From contig JBLHIH010000001.1 of NCBI GenBank assembly GCA_047616645.1, positions 14,775 through 78,774 on the forward strand: 64,000 nt of DNA, given 5' to 3'. Positions within the stretch are counted from its first letter, which is position 1. The number at the start of each line of letters is the position of its first letter. The notes beneath the pieces are model-generated. The model saw only the letters and a program-made list of their open reading frames with translations. It was not told where the DNA came from and ran no database searches. Source of the DNA: Flavobacterium sp. (GTDB lineage: Bacteria > Pseudomonadota > Gammaproteobacteria > Pseudomonadales > Azotimanducaceae). The translations under genes were made by a program, and so were the position numbers. Of this stretch, positions 28,613 through 37,935 are shown piece after piece.

Positions 28613-29827
28613 ATGGATCTGAGTTTCAGCAAAGAAGATTTTGAATTCCAACAGGAAGTACGTGATTGGATAAAAGAAAACTATCCAGAAGAAATGAAAG
28701 CTCGGCACAATCGTAGTGCTAATGGCCACCTTGAAAAAGAGGATCACGTTTATTGGCAGCAGGCGCTGTATAAAAGAGGTTGGGCAGGATTAAATTGGCC
28801 AGCTGAGTTTGGTGGTCCTGATTTTACAGCGACTCAGCGTTATCTTTACGATTTAGAAATGTCTGCTGCCCATACTTTACATGTGCTGCCCTTCGGTATG
28901 TCTATGGTCGCGCCTGTGATCATGAAGTACGGCACCAAAGAGCAACAAGATAAGTACTTGCCAGATATATTAACTAGCCGAGTTTGGTGGTGTCAGGGTT
29001 ATTCCGAACCAGGCTCAGGATCGGATTTAGCCTCTTTGAGAACCAAAGCAGTTCGAGATGGTGATGATTACATTATTAATGGTAGTAAAACCTGGAATAC
29101 CCTCGGTCAATACGCTGACATGATATTTTGTTTGGTGAGAACTAGTGACGAAGAAATTCGTCAGAAGGGAATATCCTTCTTACTGATCGACATGAAATCC
29201 CCTGGCATTGAAGTGCGCCCTATAATTACTATCGATGGACCGCCAGAGGGTAGACAGGAAATTAACGAAATTCATTTTACCGATGTGCGAGTGCCGGTCG
29301 AAAACTGCATTGGCGAGGAGGGTAAAGGTTGGACTTACGCTAAGTACCTGCTCGAATTTGAACGTGGAAATGCCTATTCACATGGTCTAAAGGCAGGTTT
29401 GGCCTCTTTGAAGTCTATCGCAGCTACTGAAAAAGGCTCTGATGGATTGGCATTAACTGAAGATGAATCTTTTCAGGCAAAATTAAGTACAGTAGAAATT
29501 GAAATCCACGCTATGGAATTCACTGAACTTCGAATACTCAGCAGTTTATCCGCAGGAAAAAATGTTGGGCCGGAGTCTTCTCTCTTGAAATGTCGAGGAA
29601 CAGAAATACAACAATCCTTGACTGAATTGATGGTTGAAGCTGTGGGTAACTATGCTGTTCCTTTTGATAATACCGGCTCTTTAAAAGGCATTAACTTTGA
29701 TCCAATTGGACCAGAGTACGCGAGCAGTGCATCACCAAGTTATTTCAATACTCGCAAAGTATCTATTTACGCCGGTTCGAATGAAATACAAAGAAACATC
29801 ATGGCGAAAATGGTATTGGGTCTATAA
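28613..29827 (+). CDS. acyl-CoA dehydrogenase
   Basis: 404-aa ORF. WWCQGYSEPGSGSDLASL, GSKTWNT and YAGSNEIQRNIMAK blocks typical of FadE-type ACADs. Confidence 0.85.
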   Translation: MDLSFSKEDFEFQQEVRDWIKENYPEEMKARHNRSANGHLEKEDHVYWQQALYKRGWAGLNWPAEFGGPDFTATQRYLYDLEMSAAHTLHVLPFGMSMVAPVIMKYGTKEQQDKYLPDILTSRVWWCQGYSEPGSGSDLASLRTKAVRDGDDYIINGSKTWNTLGQYADMIFCLVRTSDEEIRQKGISFLLIDMKSPGIEVRPIITIDGPPEGRQEINEIHFTDVRVPVENCIGEEGKGWTYAKYLLEFERGNAYSHGLKAGLASLKSIAATEKGSDGLALTEDESFQAKLSTVEIEIHAMEFTELRILSSLSAGKNVGPESSLLKCRGTEIQQSLTELMVEAVGNYAVPFDNTGSLKGINFDPIGPEYASSASPSYFNTRKVSIYAGSNEIQRNIMAKMVLGL

Positions 29828-29835
29828 AAAGACGA

Positions 29836-30864
29836 TTGGGAAAAGTGCTTAAGCTCGGTGTACTCGATCAATCGCCAATTCGCTCAAGCGGCACGGCAGC
29901 AGATGCCCTTAATGAGAGCGTTAGACTCGCACAGTTGGCTGAATCATTGGGCTATGACCGTTATTGGGTCGCAGAGCACCATGGTTCTAACAGTTTTGCG
30001 GGTTCTTCTCCAGAAGTGCTTATTAGTCGAATCGCCGCCCTAACCCACACAATACGCGTTGGTTCGGGCGGTGTAATGCTGCCTCATTACAGCCCATATA
30101 AAGTTGCAGAAAATTTTAATCTCTTAGAAACAATGTATCCTGGGAGAATTGATTTAGGTATTGGCAGGGCACCTGGCAGTGATATGCAAACATCACAAGC
30201 CTTATCCTACGGCTCTCAAATTGGCGTCGAATATTTCCCCAATAAAGTTGCTGATTTAAAGGCATTTATCGCAGGTGAACCCGGGATTACCAAGGGCTTA
30301 GAGAATGTCATGGCCAAGCCAAGACAGAATTCTTCACCAGAAATATGGATGCTGGGATCCAGCGAGCAAAGTGCGCTATATGCTGCACATTTTGAATTAC
30401 CGTATTCCTTTGCCCATTTTATTGCCCCGGATCAGAGTCAGCTTTGTATCTCACAATATTATGATTCCTGTAAACAATCAGGCGTAAAGCCACGGGTAAA
30501 TCTTGGCGTATTTGTACTTTGCGCTGAAACCGAAGAAAAAGCCAAAGCACTGGCTGCATGTCGAGATCTGTGGAGATTAAGATTCGAAAAGGGTGACCCC
30601 GGTCCGTGTCCTTCAATTGAAGAAGCGCGTGATTATCCTTATACCGATGCGGAGAGAGAAAGACTAGACCGTCGTAACACCATTGCTGGAACCCCAGAAA
30701 CTGTTAGAAAACAACTTGAAGCATTAGCCGCTGCGCATCAGGTTGAAGAGTTGGTCGTTGTGACTATTTGTCACGACTTTGACGATAGGGCGAGCTCTTA
30801 CAAATTGCTGGCTGATGCTTTTGGACTATCTACTACACTATCTACTACACTATCTACTACTTAA
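29836..30864 (+). CDS. LLM-class (luciferase-like) flavin-dependent oxidoreductase, YhbW/MsnO8-like
   Basis: 342-aa ORF with a TTG start (alternative GTG at 29845). LGVLDQSPI, YWVAEHH, GSGGVMLPHYSPYKVAENF and PGRIDLGIGRAPG blocks. C-terminal LSTT x3 repeat. Confidence 0.85.
   Translation: MGKVLKLGVLDQSPIRSSGTAADALNESVRLAQLAESLGYDRYWVAEHHGSNSFAGSSPEVLISRIAALTHTIRVGSGGVMLPHYSPYKVAENFNLLETMYPGRIDLGIGRAPGSDMQTSQALSYGSQIGVEYFPNKVADLKAFIAGEPGITKGLENVMAKPRQNSSPEIWMLGSSEQSALYAAHFELPYSFAHFIAPDQSQLCISQYYDSCKQSGVKPRVNLGVFVLCAETEEKAKALAACRDLWRLRFEKGDPGPCPSIEEARDYPYTDAERERLDRRNTIAGTPETVRKQLEALAAAHQVEELVVVTICHDFDDRASSYKLLADAFGLSTTLSTTLSTT
30826..30861 (+). repeat. in-frame 12-nt tandem repeat x3 (CTATCTACTACw; encodes LSTT-LSTT-LSTT) at the extreme C-terminus
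   Basis: Read directly. The repeat ends at the stop codon and overlaps the convergent stop of the leucine dehydrogenase gene. Confidence 0.9.
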
Positions 30865-31964
30865 CCAATTGCACTATAGATCTCAGTGTTATGCGAGTGA
30901 TGCAAGAATCGCATCTCGGCCAATTTATCTGCCATTGATTGGGTCGACGCTTTTTGATCTTCTGACATCATAAAGATATCGTGTAAAGTCGTACCAATTC
31001 CCTCTATATGACTCATCACCTTTGAATGATCATATCCTTCTCTTTCATAGAATATATCGATAATACCACCGGCGTTAATAACATAATCTGGTGCATAAAC
31101 GATGCCCTTATGGAAAAGATAATCTCCTGCGCTTTGAGTAGACAATTGGTTGTTAGCTGCACCTGCTACAATCGGCGCTTGTAAATCGACTAGGGAGTTC
31201 ATATTTAATGCACCTCCCAAAGCACAGGGTGAATAAACCTCCATAGCTTGTTTATGTATGTCCTCGTTTGCTATCGGTGTTACGTCAAGTTCGTTAAGAA
31301 TACGATCTATGGCAGGCTGAAACATGTCAGAAACCATCACTTTTGCGCCAGCATCCACCAACATTTTGGATAGATTACGTCCGACATTACCCACGCCCTG
31401 CACTGCTACTCTGATATCACTCAGGTCGTTACTTCCGAATTTGTGTTGTAGACTTGCTTTGATACCAACGAATACACCATAGGCAGTCATGGGTGAGGGA
31501 TCTCCACTGGCTTCACTACCATCATTCAGCTTTTTATTCTGTACGCCTGCAATATAGGATGTCTCGCGTGCCATGACCCTAATATCGCCAACGCTGGTAC
31601 CAGAGTCTTCTGCGGTAATATATCGACCTTGAAGCGATTCGATGAACTTCCCCATGGCTTGAATTAAAGCTTTTGTTTTCATTACTTTAGGATCTGCAAT
31701 AATAACGGCCTTACCTCCGCCAAGGGCGAGGTTTGCCAAAGCAGACTTATATGTCATGCCCCTAGACAACCTAAGGACGTCAGTAATAGCATCCTCTTCA
31801 GACTTATATGGCCAAATGCGGCAACCACCCAGTGCCGGGCCCAGGTTGGAATTATGGATGGCAATAAAGGCGAGTAAACCTGAATTTTTATCAAAACAGC
31901 GTAAAACTGTTTCATGCTTATCAAAATCTTCATGGAGTGAGACATCGATTTCTGTAACTTTCAT
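30861..31964 (-). CDS. Leu/Phe/Val (Glu/Leu/Phe/Val family) amino-acid dehydrogenase, leucine dehydrogenase-like
   Basis: GPALGGCRIWPY, MTYKSALANLALGGGKAVI and VQGVGNVG blocks. I prefer the ATG at 31964, preceded by AGGA, over the TTG at 31982 in the ORF track. Confidence 0.85.
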   Translation of the reverse strand: MKVTEIDVSLHEDFDKHETVLRCFDKNSGLLAFIAIHNSNLGPALGGCRIWPYKSEEDAITDVLRLSRGMTYKSALANLALGGGKAVIIADPKVMKTKALIQAMGKFIESLQGRYITAEDSGTSVGDIRVMARETSYIAGVQNKKLNDGSEASGDPSPMTAYGVFVGIKASLQHKFGSNDLSDIRVAVQGVGNVGRNLSKMLVDAGAKVMVSDMFQPAIDRILNELDVTPIANEDIHKQAMEVYSPCALGGALNMNSLVDLQAPIVAGAANNQLSTQSAGDYLFHKGIVYAPDYVINAGGIIDIFYEREGYDHSKVMSHIEGIGTTLHDIFMMSEDQKASTQSMADKLAEMRFLHHSHNTEIYSAIG

Positions 31965-31996
31965 AAGTCTAATTCCTAACAAATCTATTTTTCAAA

Positions 31997-34900
31997 TTAA
32001 GCTGCATGTGGATCCATTATTTTTACTGGTTCAGGTTGAGATGTTAACTTAGTCAGTAAATGTTCTTCTTCGATCTGCGTTAATCGAGCATTTTCGTGTT
32101 TGATGTATCCGTATCCTCGAATTTTTTGAGGTAACTCAAGAAGTGCTAAGGCGATGTGATGATTGTCCTTAGAAACCCATTTTTCACACAAACGAATAAT
32201 ATTTTCGTAACGCAGAATTAACTGCCGCTCGATCTTCCTATCTTCTGTATACCCAAAAGGATCTAAACTGCTTCCTCTCAAGAATTTGAATTTTGCTAAC
32301 AAGTTAAATGCAGGCAACATCCACGCGCCAAAAGTTATTTTCCTAGGTAAGCCAGAATGCTTATCAATTGGTGCAATCACTGGGGGTGCCAAATGGAACG
32401 TCAGCTTATAATTCCCTTCAAATTGCTGATCTAGGGATTGTTTGAATTCTGGCTCACTGTAGAGCCGGGCAACTTCATACTCGTCTTTATAAGCTAAAAC
32501 TTTACTGTAGTTAACTGCTAACGCTTTAGTGAGCTCGGGATTATTATATTCAGCAAAGGCCTCTACTGTAGATTGATACTTAGCCGCAAGGTCTTGATTT
32601 TGATATTCTGAAAGATAGTTTGATCGGTCTTGAATGATTTCATCAAGGTTGGATAATACCTTTTTAGCCTCGGGCTTAAATTGCACCAGTTGAGGTGCAT
32701 GGGCTCTTAGCCTGCCAAGATTAAAAGCCTTTTCGTTTTCTTTTATTGAAATACCATTTAGATGAATTGCTTCGTAAATCGCATTTGATGAGATAGGAAT
32801 CAGACCTTTTTGAAAAGCAAATCCAGCAAGGAAAATATTTGAGGCCATCGAAGCTCCCAACAATTCTTCAACTGCCTGGCTTGAATTGATAAAGAAGGTA
32901 TTGTCTTTTCCTGTACATTCTTGAATAATTTCTTTCATTGAATTAGCAGGAAACTTAGTATCGGGATCCCGAGTAAAGTCAGCCGTCATTGCTCTGTGAT
33001 CATTAACAACTGCATGAGCTTGATCTCGATTAACTTTAACCATGGCGTCATTTGCAGACGCCACGACTAAGTCACAACCCAAAACCAATCTTGCTCCCCC
33101 TGCAGCTATTCTTGTTGCATATATGTCTTCAGGACTCCTCGCTATTTGAAGATGGGTTATCACGGCGCCAAACTTCTGAGCGAGTCCTGCCATATCCAAT
33201 ACGGACGCACCTTTGTTTTCAATATGTGCCGCCATGCCTAATATTGCACCGAGAGTGGTAACACCTGTTCCACCAACACCCGCTAAGACAATGCCGTAAG
33301 GTATATCTACATCGGGTAATTTCGGTTCTGGAAGTATTGTAAAGTCAAACTCTTGAGGAACTGGTGTCTTAATTTTCCCGCCTTTGACTGATACGAAGCT
33401 TGGGCAGAAACCTTTTACACAACTCATATCCTTGTTGCAGCTTGATTGCTCGATTTTTCGTTTTCGTCCATATTCTGTTTCAACGGCGGATACAGACAGG
33501 CAATTTGAGGCAACGCCACAATCACCGCAACCCTCGCACACTTTCTCATTGATAAAAGGGCGGATATCGGGATCAACCATTGCACCACGTTTGCGTAACC
33601 GGCGTTTTTCTGCAGCGCAGGTCTGATGATATATTAGGATTGAGGTTCCTGCCCGCTTTCTCATTTCAGTCTGAACTGCATCTAGATCATCTCGGTGATG
33701 AAATGTTGTGCCAGAAGGAAAATCAGTCTCATCATATTTATCAAGATCATCACTCACAACAACAATGCTTGCTATACCTTCCCCATCTAATTGATGTGAC
33801 ATCAATTCAACTGTGAGTTGTCCATCAACGGCTTGGCCGCCAGTCATAGCTACTGCATCATTAAAAAGTATTTTATAGGTGATATTGACCTTAGAGGCGA
33901 TCGCCGCGCGAATTGCCAGTAAGCCAGAATGGAAATAAGTCCCATCTCCAAGGTTTTGAAAAACATGTTTCGTCTCTGTAAATGGCGCCTGACCTATCCA
34001 TGTTGCACCTTCGCCCCCCATTTGCGTAAAAGTATCGGTTTCTCGATCCATCCATGTCGCCATATAATGACAACCGATACCACCCATAGCACGGCTACCT
34101 TTAGGAACAACCGTTGATGTATTGTGTGGGCAGCCAGAACAGAAATGTGGGATTCTCTCGACAATATCTTTAGGCCGATTTAGAAATCGTTCTTTCTCAG
34201 TCAGGAACGCGAGGCGTTCCTCTATCTTCTCGCTGGTAAAAAATTGTGTCAGCCTACCTGCTATAACTCGCGCAATAACGGCAGGTGTTAGTTCTCCAGT
34301 TGCTGGTAATAACCACTTGCCAGTTTCATCTTTTTTACCGACTACTGTTGGTCTGTCTTCGGAATTCCAGTTATATAACATGCTGGTCAGTTGGTCTTCT
34401 ATCAATCCACGTTTCTCTTCTACAACCACTACCTCATCAAGACCATGGGCAAATTCGTGAATGCCTTCGGGTTCAAGAGGCCAGGACATGCCAACTTTGA
34501 ATAATCTCAAGCCGACTTCTTGTGCTAAAGATTCATCTATTCCTAAATCCTGTAGGGCTTGAAGGACATCTAAATAGGATTTCCCACAAGAGATAAGGCC
34601 TATCCTAGAATTGGGACCGTCGAGTGTTATCTTATTCAGTTTGTTTAATCGTGCAAAATCCAGAACTGCCGTTAGTTTTTCATTGTGTAACCTGAGTTCT
34701 TGCTCTAGTGGTTTATCAGGCCAACGGGAATGTAAATCCGGTGCTTCTGAATCGGGATAAGCTATTTGAATTCGACTGGTATCAATATTGGTAGAAAAAG
34801 AGGCATCGACGGTTTCAGCAATTGTTTTTAAGGCGACCCAACATCCACTGTAACGTGATAGTGCCCAGCCATAGAGGCCAAGATCAATAATTTCTTGCAC

Positions 34901-35419
34901 ACCTGATGGGTTCAAAACAGGGATCATTGCGTCAACAAAGGCATATTCGGTTTGATGGGGTAGGGTAGAGGATTTACAGCCATGGTCATCGCCAGCGACG
35001 ACCAAGACGCCGCCGTGTTTAGAGGTTCCTGCATGATTGGCATGCTTGAATACATCCCCCGAACGATCAACCCCAGGTCCTTTGCCGTACCACATTCCAA
35101 AAACACCATCATACTTGGCACCTTCGAATATATTGACTTGCTGAGATCCCCAAACAGATGTTGCAGCTAAGTCTTCATTTACGCCGGGCTGAAAATAGAT
35201 GTTATGTTCAGCGAGGTATTTTTGCGCCTGCCATAATGTTTTGTCTAGACCGCCAAGAGGTGAACCTCGATATCCTGAAATGAAACCGGCAGTATTTAGA
35301 CCCTCAGCTTTATCCATTTCTTGTTGTAACATGGGTAATCTGGCAAGTGCTTGGCTACCCGTGAGAAATACATGTCCTACTTTCTGGACATATTTATCTT
35401 CTAACTTGATTTTTGTCAT
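31997..35419 (-). CDS. indolepyruvate/2-oxoacid:ferredoxin oxidoreductase family protein (fused alpha-beta, IOR family)
   Basis: 1140-aa ORF. TPP-binding region (GDGTYFHSG), Cys clusters (CSGCPH; CEGCGDCGVASNC) and C-terminal IorB-like domain (AGVGGTGV). Confidence 0.85.
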   Translation of the reverse strand: MTKIKLEDKYVQKVGHVFLTGSQALARLPMLQQEMDKAEGLNTAGFISGYRGSPLGGLDKTLWQAQKYLAEHNIYFQPGVNEDLAATSVWGSQQVNIFEGAKYDGVFGMWYGKGPGVDRSGDVFKHANHAGTSKHGGVLVVAGDDHGCKSSTLPHQTEYAFVDAMIPVLNPSGVQEIIDLGLYGWALSRYSGCWVALKTIAETVDASFSTNIDTSRIQIAYPDSEAPDLHSRWPDKPLEQELRLHNEKLTAVLDFARLNKLNKITLDGPNSRIGLISCGKSYLDVLQALQDLGIDESLAQEVGLRLFKVGMSWPLEPEGIHEFAHGLDEVVVVEEKRGLIEDQLTSMLYNWNSEDRPTVVGKKDETGKWLLPATGELTPAVIARVIAGRLTQFFTSEKIEERLAFLTEKERFLNRPKDIVERIPHFCSGCPHNTSTVVPKGSRAMGGIGCHYMATWMDRETDTFTQMGGEGATWIGQAPFTETKHVFQNLGDGTYFHSGLLAIRAAIASKVNITYKILFNDAVAMTGGQAVDGQLTVELMSHQLDGEGIASIVVVSDDLDKYDETDFPSGTTFHHRDDLDAVQTEMRKRAGTSILIYHQTCAAEKRRLRKRGAMVDPDIRPFINEKVCEGCGDCGVASNCLSVSAVETEYGRKRKIEQSSCNKDMSCVKGFCPSFVSVKGGKIKTPVPQEFDFTILPEPKLPDVDIPYGIVLAGVGGTGVTTLGAILGMAAHIENKGASVLDMAGLAQKFGAVITHLQIARSPEDIYATRIAAGGARLVLGCDLVVASANDAMVKVNRDQAHAVVNDHRAMTADFTRDPDTKFPANSMKEIIQECTGKDNTFFINSSQAVEELLGASMASNIFLAGFAFQKGLIPISSNAIYEAIHLNGISIKENEKAFNLGRLRAHAPQLVQFKPEAKKVLSNLDEIIQDRSNYLSEYQNQDLAAKYQSTVEAFAEYNNPELTKALAVNYSKVLAYKDEYEVARLYSEPEFKQSLDQQFEGNYKLTFHLAPPVIAPIDKHSGLPRKITFGAWMLPAFNLLAKFKFLRGSSLDPFGYTEDRKIERQLILRYENIIRLCEKWVSKDNHHIALALLELPQKIRGYGYIKHENARLTQIEEEHLLTKLTSQPEPVKIMDPHAA

Positions 35420-35713
35420 CTGTTTGGCGCTCCCGAAGGAAGAATTATGCTTTGTTTAAGAGAAGCTAAGCTTGCTTATAGTAGCCAAAAAAGCGACATC
35501 AGTGAGCTGTAAAAAATTTCTGAGGAGGAGATTAGCGCGAGCGGAGTCGGGCAAAGTGACGGGTATATACATCGTGTTTTCCTCGGGGCAGGATCACTGC
35601 ACTGGAATTATAGTCTGTGCTAAGGGGTTACCTTGCACATATACTGGCTGATCTTTTTAGCTGGGTAAGCTATGAACAACCGGGCTGCTTTGAGCAGGGG
35701 CGAATATTAACAG

Positions 35714-36406
35714 TTATGTTCTTGAGGTCAACTCCTGCTTATGAAATAGATTGGCGTCTATCTGCGTGCGCTTTCTCGGCACGGCAATAGGTGGTAGAGG
35801 TCTTTGAGTTAGTGACTTTGCAACTGGATCTGGTATCCCTAACATTCTGAGAATGTGACGAGTTGTTTCTGCAATTGCATCTCGTGAAAGACGTTGCCTT
35901 CCTATCTCTCGGGTGATGTGGTTTAACATTCCTGTAATGAGCTGAGACGTGAATTCAACATTTTCAACTTTGAACCTGCCAGTAGTTGCGCCTCTTTCAA
36001 CGTCGCGTCGGCTCTGCTCATTTTCTTGCCTGAGTATATGCTCACCTTTAATGCCTGAGAACGCAATAAACTCATGCCATTCTTTGTTATCTTGCGCCTC
36101 TCTTAAGCAGTATTGGATTGTGACGGAGATGATTGTTGCTGGATCGACAAGAGGGGCTCTTATTTGATTGAGATCATCATGAAAATTTTCACGAAGCTCA
36201 TCGAGTACTGCCTGATAAACATCATTTTTTGTTTCAAAGTAGTTGTAGAAAGTACCTAGGCCAAGCTTTGCACGATGCGTAATATCCTGGATTGTAGTTT
36301 TTTGGTGGGGTAGCTCAAATACGAGAGATTTTGCGGCTGATACGAGAGCAGCGCGAGTTGCCTGCCTTTTTAAATTCAGGCGACTGGGTTCATTCTTCAT
36401 ATGCAT
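35714..36406 (-). CDS. TetR/AcrR family transcriptional regulator
   Basis: 230-aa ORF with the N-terminal HTH block TIQDITHRAKLGLGTFYNYFETK. Confidence 0.85.
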   Translation of the reverse strand: MHMKNEPSRLNLKRQATRAALVSAAKSLVFELPHQKTTIQDITHRAKLGLGTFYNYFETKNDVYQAVLDELRENFHDDLNQIRAPLVDPATIISVTIQYCLREAQDNKEWHEFIAFSGIKGEHILRQENEQSRRDVERGATTGRFKVENVEFTSQLITGMLNHITREIGRQRLSRDAIAETTRHILRMLGIPDPVAKSLTQRPLPPIAVPRKRTQIDANLFHKQELTSRT

Positions 36407-36416
36407 TGCTCAACTA

Positions 36417-36433
36417 AACGTTTCAAAAACGTT
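36417..36433. promoter_or_regulatory. 17-bp perfect palindrome AACGTTT-caa-AAACGTT just upstream of the TetR start; candidate operator
   Basis: Read directly. Located 11-27 nt upstream of the tetR ATG (36406). Confidence 0.3.
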
Positions 36434-36612
36434 CACACAGTAGTAAGGGAGTGCAAGAGTAACAACTTTTTCTTTTCCAAAACTGAAGATTTGATGGAAG
36501 ATTCATTTTTTATATCCAGGTATCAAAAATACCTCGAAAATATCTAGAATAGGATACCTAAGTCGATTCAATACAATAAGATAAGAACTAATCGGAATCT
36601 ACATTATGTTAT

Positions 36613-37935
36613 TCAGAAGCCGGTTTCTTCTTTAATTTCTTTTTTTCTTTGTTTACGTGCTACTGCAAGTTCCTTCTCTCTTTTCATGCTGGCTATTTTA
36701 TCGAGCTTTTTCTGTTTGATGTCTGCTAAACGCTTAAGTCGAAGGGCTTCCGCTTCCTGCTTTGCTAACAGTCTCTTATTTTCACGTTTGTTGTAGAGTT
36801 TATTCTCTGCGCTATTAACAATACTTAGACTCAATTTGCCTGAGCGAATGAGTACGGATATAGCAATGCCGCTAAAGGCTATAACAGAGTGATGCGTCGT
36901 TTTTTTGAGAAAACCGCCATAAGTCAACAAAAGTGCGTGATCAAGGATAGTTTTCAGGTGAGAAAGTTGAGATTTAGGCGCTTTTATTTCATAGCGCATG
37001 GTAATTGGCATCAGCTCTGGGCTAACCATTACGAGGTATTGACCATTAGTAAGCCCCTTCAGCGCATTTGCCCCAATGAGTGCTATATATTCGTCCGGTT
37101 TTGCCAGAAAACCTATTCGATTTTGAAAAGATAATCCAAAACTACCGCCACCGGTTTTTCTTGACGCTAAGAACTGGTCAGCGAGAAGGAATATCCTTCT
37201 TTCAGTATCGGTAATCAGCTCTCGAGAAGCACTTTGATATTTTTCAATAAGGTTAATTTCCCTGCGTTTAATATAGGCGCCAAGCGCTGCGATATTGTAA
37301 TAGCGTAGTGATGCTCTATTTCGTTTAACTTCTATATACAGAGCATTATTCCCACGAAGGAAAGTTATTTGCGATGTGGTCTCTGTATTGGCTTCTCCGT
37401 ATTTGCGTTTGAGAACAGGGATAATGTCCTTTATATTTAGTATACCCTCAGCTTGAATTGACAAAGGTTTGCCGTCGAAATCTAATGTCACTGTATAAGT
37501 TATACCCTTAGAAGACATGAGAGAAGGAGTTGAAGGCGGTTTGATGTGAAAAGTTTCAAAATCCAAGGCAAGATCGCTCTCTTTATACTTTATTCCCCCT
37601 GGCAGTTTTTCTACTGGTCGCCATCCAAGCTCACTAATGATCAAGGAATTATCTAGGGTTTCAGTGAAACTGATTCCAAATGCACCTAATATTTCACCCT
37701 CACCTAATGGATATAATGAGCTATCTAAATAAGCAGAAGGAGGAATGGTTTTATTGGGCGTGTCTTCTTCTAGGTCTTCTGCGGGCGGTATTGTAGAAGG
37801 GGGCGAATTTTCCTTTGATTCGGGGCTGGGTTTTAGGCGTTGCATTCCAAGAGGCACTTCCTGCCACTGCTCAGCCTGTATGCTCAGAGTCAGTATTGTT
37901 AAGAGTAGAACGAGTAATAATTTAACGACTAGCAC
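36613..37935 (-). CDS. secreted protein of unknown function with internal duplication and K/E-rich C-terminal coiled-coil-like tail
   Basis: 440-aa ORF with a signal peptide (..LSIQA/EQ) and a Pro-rich linker. Two copies of a G(A/S)FG(I/L)SF-initiated module. C-terminus is RLLAKQEAEALRLKRLADIKQKKLDKIASMKREKELAVARKQRKKE. Confidence 0.5.
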   Translation of the reverse strand: MLVVKLLLVLLLTILTLSIQAEQWQEVPLGMQRLKPSPESKENSPPSTIPPAEDLEEDTPNKTIPPSAYLDSSLYPLGEGEILGAFGISFTETLDNSLIISELGWRPVEKLPGGIKYKESDLALDFETFHIKPPSTPSLMSSKGITYTVTLDFDGKPLSIQAEGILNIKDIIPVLKRKYGEANTETTSQITFLRGNNALYIEVKRNRASLRYYNIAALGAYIKRREINLIEKYQSASRELITDTERRIFLLADQFLASRKTGGGSFGLSFQNRIGFLAKPDEYIALIGANALKGLTNGQYLVMVSPELMPITMRYEIKAPKSQLSHLKTILDHALLLTYGGFLKKTTHHSVIAFSGIAISVLIRSGKLSLSIVNSAENKLYNKRENKRLLAKQEAEALRLKRLADIKQKKLDKIASMKREKELAVARKQRKKEIKEETGF

